Counted from the stretch's first letter, positions 30,633-41,271 are shown. The stretch is 64,000 nt of DNA from Candidatus Cloacimonadales bacterium (GCA_963667035.1 OY762964.1:1600001-1664000); one strand, 5' to 3'. Translations and numbers: made by a program. Notes: generated from the sequence alone by a model not told the origin.

Positions 30633-32111
30633 TTATAATCTTTCGTTCCAGTTTTTATATAAGTCTGATAACGATAATAGCATACCGTTCCTTTTTCTAA
30701 TGTATCTGATAACTATCCAGTAAAGGTCACCCCAGAAAGGATAGTCTATCTGTTCAAATGTTGTGTTATGCCACAATATATTAACATGTGAGTTATATTT
30801 GATAGCATTGTCGATTAGTCGTTTTATCTTTTTGTAGGCTTGCCAAGGTTTAAGATGCATACAATTAACTGACATCAAGGTCGTATCCATGACAGTTAAC
30901 GGTATTTCAAGAATACGATATGGTCTGTTTTCCTTGAAATTAAACGGGAAAAAGGGATATGCTGTTCCGCACCTATATCCGATATGCTCCCAGAAACCTA
31001 CAGTCGAATCATATAATATATGAGATTTCTCTAAAACATTGAAGCTCTTATGATAATCAAATGACAAAGTATGTGATCTGTATCCTGTAACATTCTCAGC
31101 TACTTCTCCTAAATTCTGAATCTCCTTATGGAGAATCTCTTCATCAAATGAGCTTTTAGGAGTGCCGTGTAATTGAACATCATGTTCATGCAACAATCCT
31201 TCTATCTGTGTTCTGTATTTAGGATAGTTTAGATAGGCATGACGGTTATTCTCATATCTAACCAATGTTTTATCAGCTAGCCTAAACTCATCTGGTAAAT
31301 CACCTGCAAGTAGAAAATATGTTGAGTTTATCAATCTGTATTCCTCAGTTCTAACTATCTTTCTCATCCTTTGATATGAATGAGATAATATTCTCCTAAA
31401 ACTATGAGCTATAATCTTATACAAAGCGTTAACAGGTTGCTTAAAAATACGTTTACTGTTGTATTTGATAGTGAAGTTATGATGTTCTCGTGTCCAATAG
31501 TTCCAATAATCTATGTCATGACTTAGAGTAACATAAAACTTCTTTCTTACCCCCCAAGTATTATCACGAGAGAATTCAGGTAATACCACTTCAATCACAT
31601 TTCTAAATATATCGGCATATATGTCAAAAACAGGTAGCTCAATGAAACCACCTTGGTATTGTAATGATCTGTAATAATCAAATCTATTTTCAATACTGGC
31701 TTTTTTGCTAAGCACTTTTTCGTGCCAACAAGACAGGAAGTAAAAACCTGAAGCAATGATATCTTTATTTATGATCGCATGTTCTTTGGAGATATTCTGT
31801 ATCTGCCCGGGAGGTGAAAACAGGAATGGGATATATTCACCTTTATATTTACTGTAGCGTATCTTGTTTAATTGATATACTTCATCGCTGTTATAAAAAG
31901 GGGGAACTTCAGGATTGTGGTATATCTTAATCGGGTATGAATTAGTGGTCTTGGTCCCGTAATAGATATGGACATGATCGTATGTCGAACCATAAAAGAA
32001 TTTCGGGTTCAGACGAAGTATACTACACAGTGTACGCAGGACGTACTCTGCTTTATTTGTAAAACTATCATCTGTTTTGATGAGAATATTAATATTGGGG
32101 AAACTGTCCAT
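30633..32111 (-). CDS. Polysaccharide deacetylase-like protein
   Basis: LSHDID, QLHG, YDST, EIPLTVMDT, ILWHN. Confidence 0.7.
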   Translation of the reverse strand: MDSFPNINILIKTDDSFTNKAEYVLRTLCSILRLNPKFFYGSTYDHVHIYYGTKTTNSYPIKIYHNPEVPPFYNSDEVYQLNKIRYSKYKGEYIPFLFSPPGQIQNISKEHAIINKDIIASGFYFLSCWHEKVLSKKASIENRFDYYRSLQYQGGFIELPVFDIYADIFRNVIEVVLPEFSRDNTWGVRKKFYVTLSHDIDYWNYWTREHHNFTIKYNSKRIFKQPVNALYKIIAHSFRRILSHSYQRMRKIVRTEEYRLINSTYFLLAGDLPDEFRLADKTLVRYENNRHAYLNYPKYRTQIEGLLHEHDVQLHGTPKSSFDEEILHKEIQNLGEVAENVTGYRSHTLSFDYHKSFNVLEKSHILYDSTVGFWEHIGYRCGTAYPFFPFNFKENRPYRILEIPLTVMDTTLMSVNCMHLKPWQAYKKIKRLIDNAIKYNSHVNILWHNTTFEQIDYPFWGDLYWIVIRYIRKRNGMLLSLSDLYKNWNERL

Positions 32112-32232
32112 CGCTTACCAAGCCTCTATATTTTTAGACAATTTATACTTATTCTCTAATAAATCAAGAAATTTATGAAACTTTTTCTAACTGATTGATA
32201 TACCTAATTTTACTAATTTGCTCCTTTCATAG

Positions 32233-33045
32233 TTATCTTATATTCTTAGCTGTAGAGCACATTGTCGTTACTGTCATGAGATAACGGTAAAATTCTTTAT
32301 AGTCATGAGCCTCATATTCTGTCTTTCGAGGGGATACGGTTGTTACTCCCGGAATTATTCCCGCCAGATAAGCTCTGACTGAATCGGTAAATGTGATTTC
32401 TACTTTCACAGGATACTTTAAAGCAAGACACTTAACTTCTGTTTTCACAGTATCTTTCCCTGCTCTTATGAGTTTGTTTTTGATAACAATCGGTGGCTCC
32501 ATAACTCCTGAAAAACGGGATATTGCCGTTTTGCTCTCAACGAATACAGCATTGTGAAAATGTTCTTTGGCAAAATCAACACCTTTATTGTCACCGTAAT
32601 AGCAAGCTGTAGGTACTCCCAATTCCGAGCTGTAATAGCTATTTATAAGAGCTTCATCGACAATCTGTCCATTAACCTTTACTTCATAGAACGAAGAAGA
32701 GGAGTAGCTGTGATCCATCATTCCGCCACCACCTATCGGACTATGATATCCGAATAGGATTAGTTTATCGAAACTTGAATCCAATCCTTCAACCATATAG
32801 AATGTTCTAGGATATCCTCTCACCAATTTCACGTATTCAGGCATCATATCCCAATGGATGTTATTTCCGTCATTATGTGAGTCACAAAGCACAATTTCCG
32901 CATCGGGATCAGCTTCTTTAATCCCTTTCATGTATGATAATATCTGTTCGGTAGCATGCTTTTCATGGCGAAAGCTATTCTCGGTTTCTCTCCAGAAAGC
33001 AATTCCTGCTATTCCTTCAAAATCAAACGATATAAAGTATTTCAT
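32233..33045 (-). CDS. dppA: M55-family D-aminopeptidase
   Basis: SFDFEG, DSH, GYHS, MDHSY. Confidence 0.85.
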   Translation of the reverse strand: MKYFISFDFEGIAGIAFWRETENSFRHEKHATEQILSYMKGIKEADPDAEIVLCDSHNDGNNIHWDMMPEYVKLVRGYPRTFYMVEGLDSSFDKLILFGYHSPIGGGGMMDHSYSSSSFYEVKVNGQIVDEALINSYYSSELGVPTACYYGDNKGVDFAKEHFHNAVFVESKTAISRFSGVMEPPIVIKNKLIRAGKDTVKTEVKCLALKYPVKVEITFTDSVRAYLAGIIPGVTTVSPRKTEYEAHDYKEFYRYLMTVTTMCSTAKNIR

Positions 33046-33053
33046 ATTATCTC

Positions 33054-34364
33054 CTATCCTGCATGATTCTTAATCCAGTCCGATATATCCTTAATCACAT
33101 TTTTGGAAACAAATTTCTTCTCTTTATAGCTATCGGGTGTTGATTTCCCTTTGCATTCCATGAAAAGATGATCAAGTAGGGGATAACTTATAAACGAGAA
33201 GTTATCACTATTCACTCCTGCAGATTTCCACTCTTTAAAATCTACCATTGTCACTTGATAATCCTTTTCCCCTTGCATCACGAGTATGGGATAAGCCATT
33301 TTCATAAATTCTGCTACTTGGTCATAACTGTTCAGATAGAGCCAATATGGCTTTGGTAAATCCAATAATAACGGATTTGTTTCGACGCTATCATTCGTTA
33401 AATTCTTGATTACCTTCACTTGCTCTTCAGTCTGTTTTAGAATTTCGTTTTCATCAGCATCCGTTCCATTCATAGCAAATATTTTACGGTACTGTTCCAG
33501 TATCACATCTTCAAGCTTAAAGGCCGTGCCTGCCATCATTATATATCCTGAAAAGCTATTATTGTCGTTAGCTATACCGGGGATAATCGTTGCTCCCAGA
33601 CTATGTCCTAAGAGGTAAATCTGTCTATTCGGGAATGTTTGTTTTGTCCATTCGATTGCAGAGTTAACCTCTGTTATGTATTCGTCTTCCAGAGTGAAAT
33701 CAGGTATATCATTCATAATCTGCGGATAATCTTTAGTTCGTTTATTCCATCTTACAGTTGCTATACCTTTATTTCCCAATCCATAAGCAATGTCTCTGAA
33801 AGGTTTTCTACTATATATACTTTCATCCATATCATTAGGACCGGAGCCTGTTATCATTAATACTACAGGATAAACTTTTGTATCTTTGGGGATTACTGAT
33901 TTACCTTTAATTTTATAATTTCCGCAATTGAATGCTATATCTTCCTCTGTGATGTTTTCCTTGTTGAGATAATCGGGGAGTACAACCTTCTCTTCCGGTT
34001 TCGGTGTTGAGGACATTGTAAAGAATAATCCGGCTATCTTGTCTTCGGTATCTACCGTAATCTTCATATCCATTACCGCATTTTCAAAGTTTAGACTAAG
34101 AATAACTATGCTCATATCGTTCGTCTTAGTTAAGTCCTCTTTAATAATTCCGTTGAGTTTTCCCATTTGAAGAGGTAGAGTTTCCCAAATCTCTTTTAGT
34201 TTATCTTCCGATAAAGCGTTTTGCATAATAGTTGAACTCATTTCAAAGGCTTTGTTGTACATACCTTCATTGAGATAATTGTAATACATTTTAGCTGTGG
34301 AAACCTCGTCAGCACATAACATCGCTACACCGAAGATAATTAAGGATAAGATTATATATCTCAT
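33054..34364 (-). CDS. Secreted alpha/beta hydrolase with DUF3887-like N-terminal domain
   Basis: GSGPND, GHSLG nucleophile, QGEKDYQV, LDHLF. Confidence 0.85.
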   Translation of the reverse strand: MRYIILSLIIFGVAMLCADEVSTAKMYYNYLNEGMYNKAFEMSSTIMQNALSEDKLKEIWETLPLQMGKLNGIIKEDLTKTNDMSIVILSLNFENAVMDMKITVDTEDKIAGLFFTMSSTPKPEEKVVLPDYLNKENITEEDIAFNCGNYKIKGKSVIPKDTKVYPVVLMITGSGPNDMDESIYSRKPFRDIAYGLGNKGIATVRWNKRTKDYPQIMNDIPDFTLEDEYITEVNSAIEWTKQTFPNRQIYLLGHSLGATIIPGIANDNNSFSGYIMMAGTAFKLEDVILEQYRKIFAMNGTDADENEILKQTEEQVKVIKNLTNDSVETNPLLLDLPKPYWLYLNSYDQVAEFMKMAYPILVMQGEKDYQVTMVDFKEWKSAGVNSDNFSFISYPLLDHLFMECKGKSTPDSYKEKKFVSKNVIKDISDWIKNHAG

Positions 34365-35020
34365 ATCTCAGTCCTTTTAAAGAGTATGAATGAATAAACA
34401 ACCGGTATCAGTACACATAGCATAAAAACGGCAAATGCTACTATTGAAGCTATAGGTTGTCTGGGAAACATTGAAGCAACAGCTGTGACGACACCTCCCA
34501 TTACAAAGCTTTTTCCTCCTAGTCTGTGTGTCTTATGCCAATTTTCTTCGGAGTTTAATGCCCAAGGTGTTCTAATTCCGGCAAAGAAATTCTGGGGTAT
34601 CTTAGGTAACAGATTGCCAATTGCCACAAACATAATACCGATTATTGCCAATACGTAGTTACCTCTTTCGCCTATCTGAGGATATTTAGACAGATACATG
34701 CTGTAAATATGGATAAGTCCGAAAAAGAAGTTCATTAATCCGGTGAACTGAGGTATTATCTTTTTGAATCTCTCTTTACCTTCTCTGTATTTCGGTGAGA
34801 TAAAGGGAAGAAGTACCATCAATAATAAAATGAAGACGTTCGTCCCTATGAACAATGCCGAGGCTTTTAATATCGGCATCCATCCGTCTACTTCTCCTCT
34901 TATGTTCCAATGAGTAGGGATTACGGCTCTGCTTCCCATTGTTATAAAGAATCTCATAGAAACTATGATTTGTAATAGAATAACAGTTAAACTCAATATG
35001 TATTTCTTAATGCTTTTCAT
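34361..35020 (-). CDS. sdpI: SdpI-family immunity membrane protein
   Basis: IPTHWN..G..DG, GN.LPK..N...GIRTPW, WHKTHR. Confidence 0.85.
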   Translation of the reverse strand: MKSIKKYILSLTVILLQIIVSMRFFITMGSRAVIPTHWNIRGEVDGWMPILKASALFIGTNVFILLLMVLLPFISPKYREGKERFKKIIPQFTGLMNFFFGLIHIYSMYLSKYPQIGERGNYVLAIIGIMFVAIGNLLPKIPQNFFAGIRTPWALNSEENWHKTHRLGGKSFVMGGVVTAVASMFPRQPIASIVAFAVFMLCVLIPVVYSFILFKRTEI

Positions 35021-35300
35021 TCTTTTCTTCCTTTTTAATAGTGATTATATCCATGAAATATGCTACTACATCCTCAAACACTGATGTGTTAAGAAAGTAA
35101 TGAACATATTGTCCCTTCTTCTCTGAATATACTAGATTGGCATGTTTTAGAAGTTTTAAATGCTCGCTAACTGAGGGCTGAGCAATCGAGAACTCCTTGG
35201 CAATATCCCCGACGGTCAGATTATCGTGATTCTTAAGTAGCTGAAGAATCTTTCTTCGATTGGGATCTGACAGTGCTTTGAATACATTATCTTTTAACAC
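35007..35300 (-). CDS. sdpR: ArsR-family repressor SdpR
   Basis: FKALSDPNRRKIL, HLKLLK, LNTSVFED; directly upstream of sdpI. Confidence 0.85.
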   Translation of the reverse strand: MLKDNVFKALSDPNRRKILQLLKNHDNLTVGDIAKEFSIAQPSVSEHLKLLKHANLVYSEKKGQYVHYFLNTSVFEDVVAYFMDIITIKKEEKNEKH

Positions 35301-35321
35301 ATAAACTCCTTTCTTAGATAT

Positions 35322-35357
35322 ATAGGTAATAAACTATACGCCTATGTGACTGTCAAT
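35322..35357 (-). promoter_or_regulatory. sdpRI promoter with overlapping dyad (candidate operator)
   Basis: Minus-strand TTGACA at 35352-35357; ATAGG...CCTAT inverted repeat. Confidence 0.5.
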
Positions 35358-35455
35358 GTTTTTCTCTTATGAATGTGATTCCTTAACGGTTTTGCTTCAT
35401 AAACAGTGCAGTTTGCAATAGCTTACGCTATTTATACCTTCTATAAATAACCGCC

Positions 35456-35671
35456 GACACCCAAAATGGCGAATCTTGACAAGCAAAATGGCGAAAGTTT
35501 GCCTTTGTTTTGTGTAACTCTAAATATTTGTTGATTTAGCCTTTCCTTAGTTGGTCACACTATTTACCTTAGTCTTTCCTTAGTCACTTTCCTTAGTCAC
35601 TTACATTTGCCTTAGTCATTGCCTTTATTGACACCCAAAATGGCGAAAGTTTGCCTTTGTTTTGCCTTAGT
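35456..35671. repeat. Prophage end repeats: three 22-bp sites and six CCTTAGT
   Basis: GACAnnCAAAATGGCGAA at 35456, 35478, 35630; CCTTAGT at 35545, 35567, 35578, 35591, 35610, 35665. Confidence 0.85.
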
Positions 35672-35848
35672 CGATAAAGTAATCCCTTGCAAAAAATGTC
35701 ATAAAAAAAAAGCCCTCCTTAAAGAAAAAAGAAGGCTTGTACCATATTATGAAGGCTATTAATCCTTCAGTATACTAATTGAACACAATACAAATTGTGT
35801 CAACTATGCTCTTACCGGCACGTCATACATGTCTTTATTGCATAGAAT

Positions 35849-36751
35849 TTATGTCTGAGAACCTCCGGAAGCAGTAAATGATGCCTTTTTAAATACTACA
35901 GAAAGAATATAGGTTTTACCCACAACCAAACTGTGTAAATCAATAGCATCTAGGTGATAAATAATGCCCCCTACTACTGGATATGACCCCGGTTTCTTTG
36001 AGTAAGTAAAAATAGGATCGAAACTAGTGCCGTTATCAATATCCAAGTTAAGGCAAACACCCCTAGATATATGGGTCAAAGAAGAGTCTAGATCAGGCTC
36101 TAATGCTAAAAGCTCTTCTTCGGTAACTGATTTAGTTGTTCCCGTTGCAGTGAAGTAGTAAGATACTTGATATACCCTAGAGTATTGCGATTGCGAACGC
36201 TCATCTAGATCGTCAATAACTTCGTCCAAAGGTTCACCAGCGTGCGTCAGGTTAGCACTATCCTTTGCATCTGCATTAAGTTTTTCAGGAGCAATCGTGC
36301 CATCAGAAATACTGGCACCGGTTATAGTCTCCTGCATAATATTGCTGTCATTGACAGATTCTTGAGCCAGCTTAGAGTTACTAACTGCATTAGCTCCGAT
36401 TTTCGTACCTATAACAGCTCCATCAATAAGCTGAGTGGAGCCAATAGCACTACCGGCAATCTTGCTCCCTGTAACAGCTTCATCAGCTATTTTATCTCCA
36501 TTTACAGCCCCGTTTTTAATAGCTTCAGCTGTCACTTGACCGACTGTACATCTGAATCCTGAATCATGATAAGATGCATCTCTATTATCCCAAAGTTCAT
36601 AATACCCGTCAGGAACATTATCATTTGAATAGTATCCTGAATTATTCCCATCAAGAAGCTGAATCTCAGTAGCTCCCTGTATCAATTTTACGGTCAAGCC
36701 GGTTACTGCATTACCGGAGCTGTTCTCAAATTTTAAGCCAAATTTTGCCAT
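35849..36751 (-). CDS. Tail fibre/spike-like protein
   Basis: 10-aa repeats (AVTGSKIAGS/AIGSTQLIDG/AVSNSKLAQE); last gene of the tail operon. Confidence 0.65.
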   Translation of the reverse strand: MAKFGLKFENSSGNAVTGLTVKLIQGATEIQLLDGNNSGYYSNDNVPDGYYELWDNRDASYHDSGFRCTVGQVTAEAIKNGAVNGDKIADEAVTGSKIAGSAIGSTQLIDGAVIGTKIGANAVSNSKLAQESVNDSNIMQETITGASISDGTIAPEKLNADAKDSANLTHAGEPLDEVIDDLDERSQSQYSRVYQVSYYFTATGTTKSVTEEELLALEPDLDSSLTHISRGVCLNLDIDNGTSFDPIFTYSKKPGSYPVVGGIIYHLDAIDLHSLVVGKTYILSVVFKKASFTASGGSQT

Positions 36752-36754
36752 TAT

Positions 36755-37195
36755 TTAGACCTCCTGTACATGTTCAGAACTGAAGGAGAAAATACCTTCA
36801 GTCACGTCAATATTGCTTAAAGTTTCGTAGTTCGAAGAGAAAGTAAGCTTCCATGTATCTTCCATAGTTCGCAGTTTATCAGAAGACTTTGGAAGCTTCT
36901 CAATCTCTATAGGATATGTATATTTAACATCCTGCATATAGTACTGCACATATAGATCATCGGCAGTCTTAATAAAGTCAGTTACTTCATGATATAGCGT
37001 AGCATTACCTATCACTGTCAGGTCGATACTATCCTCATAATAAGGATATCTTCTAATTCTGACATAAGGATTAATCTTTGAGCGTTTATCTATCTTATAT
37101 TTAAGTCCGGGAGTGCGTTCTATTATTCCAAACGGAATAATTTTTAGCTGAACCTGTCCGTAAGGAGTTATATTTATCAATGTAATTTCAATCAT
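36755..37195 (-). CDS. Phage tail protein, hypothetical
   Basis: Position and translational coupling in the tail operon. Confidence 0.55.
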   Translation of the reverse strand: MIEITLINITPYGQVQLKIIPFGIIERTPGLKYKIDKRSKINPYVRIRRYPYYEDSIDLTVIGNATLYHEVTDFIKTADDLYVQYYMQDVKYTYPIEIEKLPKSSDKLRTMEDTWKLTFSSNYETLSNIDVTEGIFSFSSEHVQEV

Positions 37196-38559
37196 ACAGC
37201 TGCCTTAATAATGGTCTCTTGAGTTATTGGATTTATAGTTACTTCAAAGATTGTCAGCACGTCCGGAATATAATCGGGAATATGAGCAACCTGACTGATA
37301 TTGATGCTTCTATTAGGTGTCACTGAAGGAAAGATCCAGCCATCGAGTTTTATTCTTACTTCCCACGTATAAATCGTGCTATATGATTCTAAAACATAGT
37401 TTCTTAGAGTTGTTGTATCTCCTCTTAAAACATCCAATACCGATGTATCTATTGCATCAAAATCAGCTCTATAATAGTCAACATCAACAACCAAATCATT
37501 CGGAATCTGAAATACCGGTAAAGGTGTTCTGGTCCCGGCATTCAAATTCCAAGGATACGACTTCTCAACTGTCAAGACAGCTCCATAGCATAACAGAAAT
37601 GCTTTCAGACAATCTTTAACATTAACGAAGTCGTCTTCGCTTTTACCATAATGCATAATATTGAATCTCGGACCTGTATATACAAGCTTATCATCCCCGC
37701 TTGCATCTTCAACAACCATAGTATAATTAGAATGACTAAACTGTTGCGAACCCAAGTTTAGTTCTTCTAACATTGCATATTTACGATTAATTCTATCAGT
37801 TCTAAAAAAAGATTCATTTATCTCTACACGACCTTCCTTGGTTTCTGACGCAGAACTTTCATCTATGAGCTCAAGACAATAGCCATTAAAATATTTGTAT
37901 TGCTGTATTATCTGCGTTATCTGCCATTTGCTGTATCCCAAAACAGTAAATAACAATCGATAGGAAAGAGTAACAACATATAACTCTCTATCAGGACTGT
38001 TAAGTAATATAAATCCGGTATAGTATGTAGTATTAGTCCCTGCGGTATAATTACTGTTGATAGCCTTGACTTCAAGCCTTAAATCTTCATTAACGTAATT
38101 TATATGATCTTCAATATAGCAGTTAAATCCACAGATACTTTCAAATGCATCTTCAGCTACATCAAGCACATTTCCGGATAATGGAGCTACTTCTATATCA
38201 CTTGCTTCAGCTAAAATGCCTAGCTTATCATAAGCTGTAATAGTGATGTTTTCCGTTTTCCCGTCAGGTTTGCATTTCTTCGGATCAATATATCCGATAA
38301 AGAGATTACCTTCTGGAGGATCATCTATTAAATTACGGTCAATATGCAAAAGAAACTGGCTAATTTCGGACATATCTTGAACAATATTGTTCACAACCCA
38401 TTCATCAGTATCAATCGTTAAAACAACCCTCTGTGGCTCGTAGTATTGAGCCTTAGTTCCTTGAAGTTTGGAAGTACCAAAATCAAGATTCATTAGCTTG
38501 CTTCCGGGTAGCATGTATGAATAAGTATTTGTGATAGTGTTAAAGAATCTGATTCTCAT
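37192..38559 (-). CDS. Phage tail tip/hub-like protein
   Basis: Follows tape measure; LFIGYI...ITITAYDKLGIL motif. Confidence 0.55.
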   Translation of the reverse strand: MRIRFFNTITNTYSYMLPGSKLMNLDFGTSKLQGTKAQYYEPQRVVLTIDTDEWVVNNIVQDMSEISQFLLHIDRNLIDDPPEGNLFIGYIDPKKCKPDGKTENITITAYDKLGILAEASDIEVAPLSGNVLDVAEDAFESICGFNCYIEDHINYVNEDLRLEVKAINSNYTAGTNTTYYTGFILLNSPDRELYVVTLSYRLLFTVLGYSKWQITQIIQQYKYFNGYCLELIDESSASETKEGRVEINESFFRTDRINRKYAMLEELNLGSQQFSHSNYTMVVEDASGDDKLVYTGPRFNIMHYGKSEDDFVNVKDCLKAFLLCYGAVLTVEKSYPWNLNAGTRTPLPVFQIPNDLVVDVDYYRADFDAIDTSVLDVLRGDTTTLRNYVLESYSTIYTWEVRIKLDGWIFPSVTPNRSINISQVAHIPDYIPDVLTIFEVTINPITQETIIKAAV

Positions 38560-40844
38560 CCTAACTTCCTACTTCTAGCTCCCTGTTCACTGGCATAGTG
38601 CACTTTGCTCGGGTCAGCCTCTTCGACAATCTTGTTTGGATCAATATATACTTCAGCACTAAACTGCTTATCATTCATCACCTGTTTCAGTGATCTAATT
38701 TCATTGATTAAATCAGTGTTATCCTGAACTGGATAACTCGCAGTTGTAGAGATTGCTTTCCGGCTTACCGGTGCTCCATAATTCAAGGCATCAAAATAAT
38801 CTTTTCCATATATATCTACAACGCTTTTACGCATGATATATTCTCCACCTTCAGCTTCCAGATTTATTCCACCGGCGGAGTGTGGTGGACCGACTAAATA
38901 GCCACCCATAGCAGCTTTAAACTTTTGCTCAGAGATAGTAGCAATCTCAGCAACACCGATTGCAGACTGTATTGCCGCCATACCAATAGATATAGGTGGA
39001 GGATATGCAGCAATAGCCTTAGTCACACCTTCTGCCGTGTTCATCGTAGCATTAGCATATGCAAGAGCTTTGCCAATATTGAACATAGTTTTTGACTGTT
39101 CTTGGTAAGCACTCATCAACCTACTTCCGGCATTCAAAATAGCTTTAGACCCAGACAAATATAACTTCTTCCTATCAGCATTAACTTGCTTCTGTTTGGT
39201 AGCAATCTCATCTTCCAATGCAAGCCTTCTGTCTGTACTCATTATCTCCTGAGCAAGAACTTCATTTAGATAACTGATATAGGCTTCCTTCTTCTTGAAT
39301 TGACTCATAGCTGAGTTATTGTAATCTTCTTCATAAAGCCTATTAAACTCATCACGCCACTCTTGCCGAACGCTTTTACCCCAGGACATATTTGCTACCT
39401 TCATATCACTCAATGCAAGAGCATATTCTTTGGACTGGTCTCCATAGGTTTGTTTTACGAATCTCAAGTACTCAAACTGTGCTTGCTTGAGTTCTTCAGC
39501 AGTTGCAAGCCCTACATCTTTCTGAGTTCTCAAAAGCTCAAGTTTCTCAATATATCGCTGCTTCTCAGTCTCTATTTCTTCATTCTTAAGCTTCTCTTTC
39601 TCAGCTTGTGCTGCTTCTTCTCTTTCTATCTCCTCTTTAGCATACTCCTTATCAATTGCTGCAGATAATTCCTTCTCAAGTTCAGTCAAAGCAACATCAG
39701 CTTCAATCTTAGCCTGCTTAAGCTGTTGCCTTTTCGCATTCTCAGCCTGTTCCACAGATAAGTTTTGCTGTTTTGTTGCTTTGAGTTTATTAAGTACCTC
39801 AATCTCTTTTTCAAGTGCTTCTCTTCGTAGAGCATTATCATTAACAATGGCAACCGCTGCATCATTGGAGATGGACATGTCCGCCATAGTAGCTCTGCTT
39901 TTTTCCTGAAGTTTATCAACATTTCTCTGAGTAACTGCTATCTGTTGTTCAATGGAATCAATGCTTGAAGAGCCCCATAATTCAGAAATTGCAAATGCAT
40001 CTTTCATGTAAACATTGCTCTCTTGAGACCAATCATGAATCATGCTAAACATCTGAGTCATCTTTGGAACTATGTTGTTAAGAATAGGCACAAAACTTTC
40101 ACCCAGAATCTCTACAAGGTCACTCCAGTTGCTTGATAACATCTTAACAGGGTCAGCCATTGCTTCAGCCGCACCCTGAGTCTGACCTTCAAGTGCAGCA
40201 AGAATCATTCTTTGGGCATCTGCCTTCTTGTTAGCTTCCACTAAAGACTTAATCATCTCCTTCTCGGTTTCAGTGAAAGTAACACCAACTCGTGCCAGTG
40301 CTGACACACCCTTAACCGGGTCTTCTAATGCTTTACCAAGTTGTATTGTGGAGGACTTAAGATCTTGCCCGAATTGAGCAGATAAATCCATTGCGGCTTT
40401 TGTAGCTCTATCGAATACATCCGGGAGATTAATACTTTTAAAAGTCAGGAAATTACTGATCACTTCATTACTAATTACTTCATCGCCCAATCCGGTTGTT
40501 GCTTGAATTCTTGCAGCGAGACTTTTAAAGTCTTCAGACACAAGACCCAATTGGTTACCGGTAGCTTTTAAGGTGTTTTGCAGTTTCCTGTCAGCTTCCT
40601 CCTGTGCTCTATATGATTGATAAACAGTGCTAACAACACGGTTAACAGCCATATATGCCATTCTTACACCTTGAGCAGCAACTGTAAGGTCTCGGAGCCT
40701 TGCAACTGCGTCTTTTCCATCAACTTTTACCTTGGTGGGAGTACCGGCATCTTTCTTCAGCTTCTTAAGATCGTCGGCAACATTCTGAAGAGTAACCTCT
40801 GCCTTCTTCCCATCAATAATCAGTTCGAGTTTATACTTTTCCAT
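38556..40844 (-). CDS. Tail tape measure protein
   Basis: QLGKALEDPVKG...LARVGV, long coiled coil, C-terminal GG...GP.H..GGI..EAEGGE. Confidence 0.9.
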   Translation of the reverse strand: MEKYKLELIIDGKKAEVTLQNVADDLKKLKKDAGTPTKVKVDGKDAVARLRDLTVAAQGVRMAYMAVNRVVSTVYQSYRAQEEADRKLQNTLKATGNQLGLVSEDFKSLAARIQATTGLGDEVISNEVISNFLTFKSINLPDVFDRATKAAMDLSAQFGQDLKSSTIQLGKALEDPVKGVSALARVGVTFTETEKEMIKSLVEANKKADAQRMILAALEGQTQGAAEAMADPVKMLSSNWSDLVEILGESFVPILNNIVPKMTQMFSMIHDWSQESNVYMKDAFAISELWGSSSIDSIEQQIAVTQRNVDKLQEKSRATMADMSISNDAAVAIVNDNALRREALEKEIEVLNKLKATKQQNLSVEQAENAKRQQLKQAKIEADVALTELEKELSAAIDKEYAKEEIEREEAAQAEKEKLKNEEIETEKQRYIEKLELLRTQKDVGLATAEELKQAQFEYLRFVKQTYGDQSKEYALALSDMKVANMSWGKSVRQEWRDEFNRLYEEDYNNSAMSQFKKKEAYISYLNEVLAQEIMSTDRRLALEDEIATKQKQVNADRKKLYLSGSKAILNAGSRLMSAYQEQSKTMFNIGKALAYANATMNTAEGVTKAIAAYPPPISIGMAAIQSAIGVAEIATISEQKFKAAMGGYLVGPPHSAGGINLEAEGGEYIMRKSVVDIYGKDYFDALNYGAPVSRKAISTTASYPVQDNTDLINEIRSLKQVMNDKQFSAEVYIDPNKIVEEADPSKVHYASEQGARSRKLG

Positions 40845-40846
40845 AA

Positions 40847-41271
40847 CTACTCCGCAATACTCGCTTGCTGTCTCACTTTATGAATAACCATTAAACGGTC
40901 GAAAGCCTCAAAGAGGCTTAAACGATCCAGATCTGTATAGCTGTAACCTAAACTCACAAGCATAATCTCAACTTCAACCCAGCTTAATCCTTTTCCTTCG
41001 GTATCGGTTCCGGCTTCGGAATATTTTCGCTTGATTCGTCCGGTCTCGATGTTAAGTAGGTAAAAAAATCATTAATGAGTTCTACCCCCCTCATCCCGTC
41101 AATTCTCTCAGCTTCAGGTTCATCATCATCCTTCAAAGCATTAACTAGGTCACGACCTGCGAGGCTGTTATATAGATCCCATTTGCTTTTTGCCTCGGTT
41201 TGATCATATCCATTTTCTTCAAGCACTGCTAGTGCCTTAACAAATTTAGGGAACGGTATTGTCTTTTTCAT
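40847..41271 (-). CDS. Tail assembly chaperone gpGT, produced by -1 frameshift
   Basis: -1 frame open from the slippery site to TAG at 40847, 2 nt before the tape measure ATG. Confidence 0.8.
40984..41271 (-). CDS. Tail assembly chaperone (gpG-like)
   Basis: Upstream of tape measure; contains slippery T TTT TTT at 41062-41068. Confidence 0.75.
   Translation of the reverse strand: MKKTIPFPKFVKALAVLEENGYDQTEAKSKWDLYNSLAGRDLVNALKDDDEPEAERIDGMRGVELINDFFTYLTSRPDESSENIPKPEPIPKEKD

Noticed and set aside
30771..30787. NrdR box upstream of nrdJ
   Set aside because: Single weak match inside the upstream CDS, with no tandem partner.
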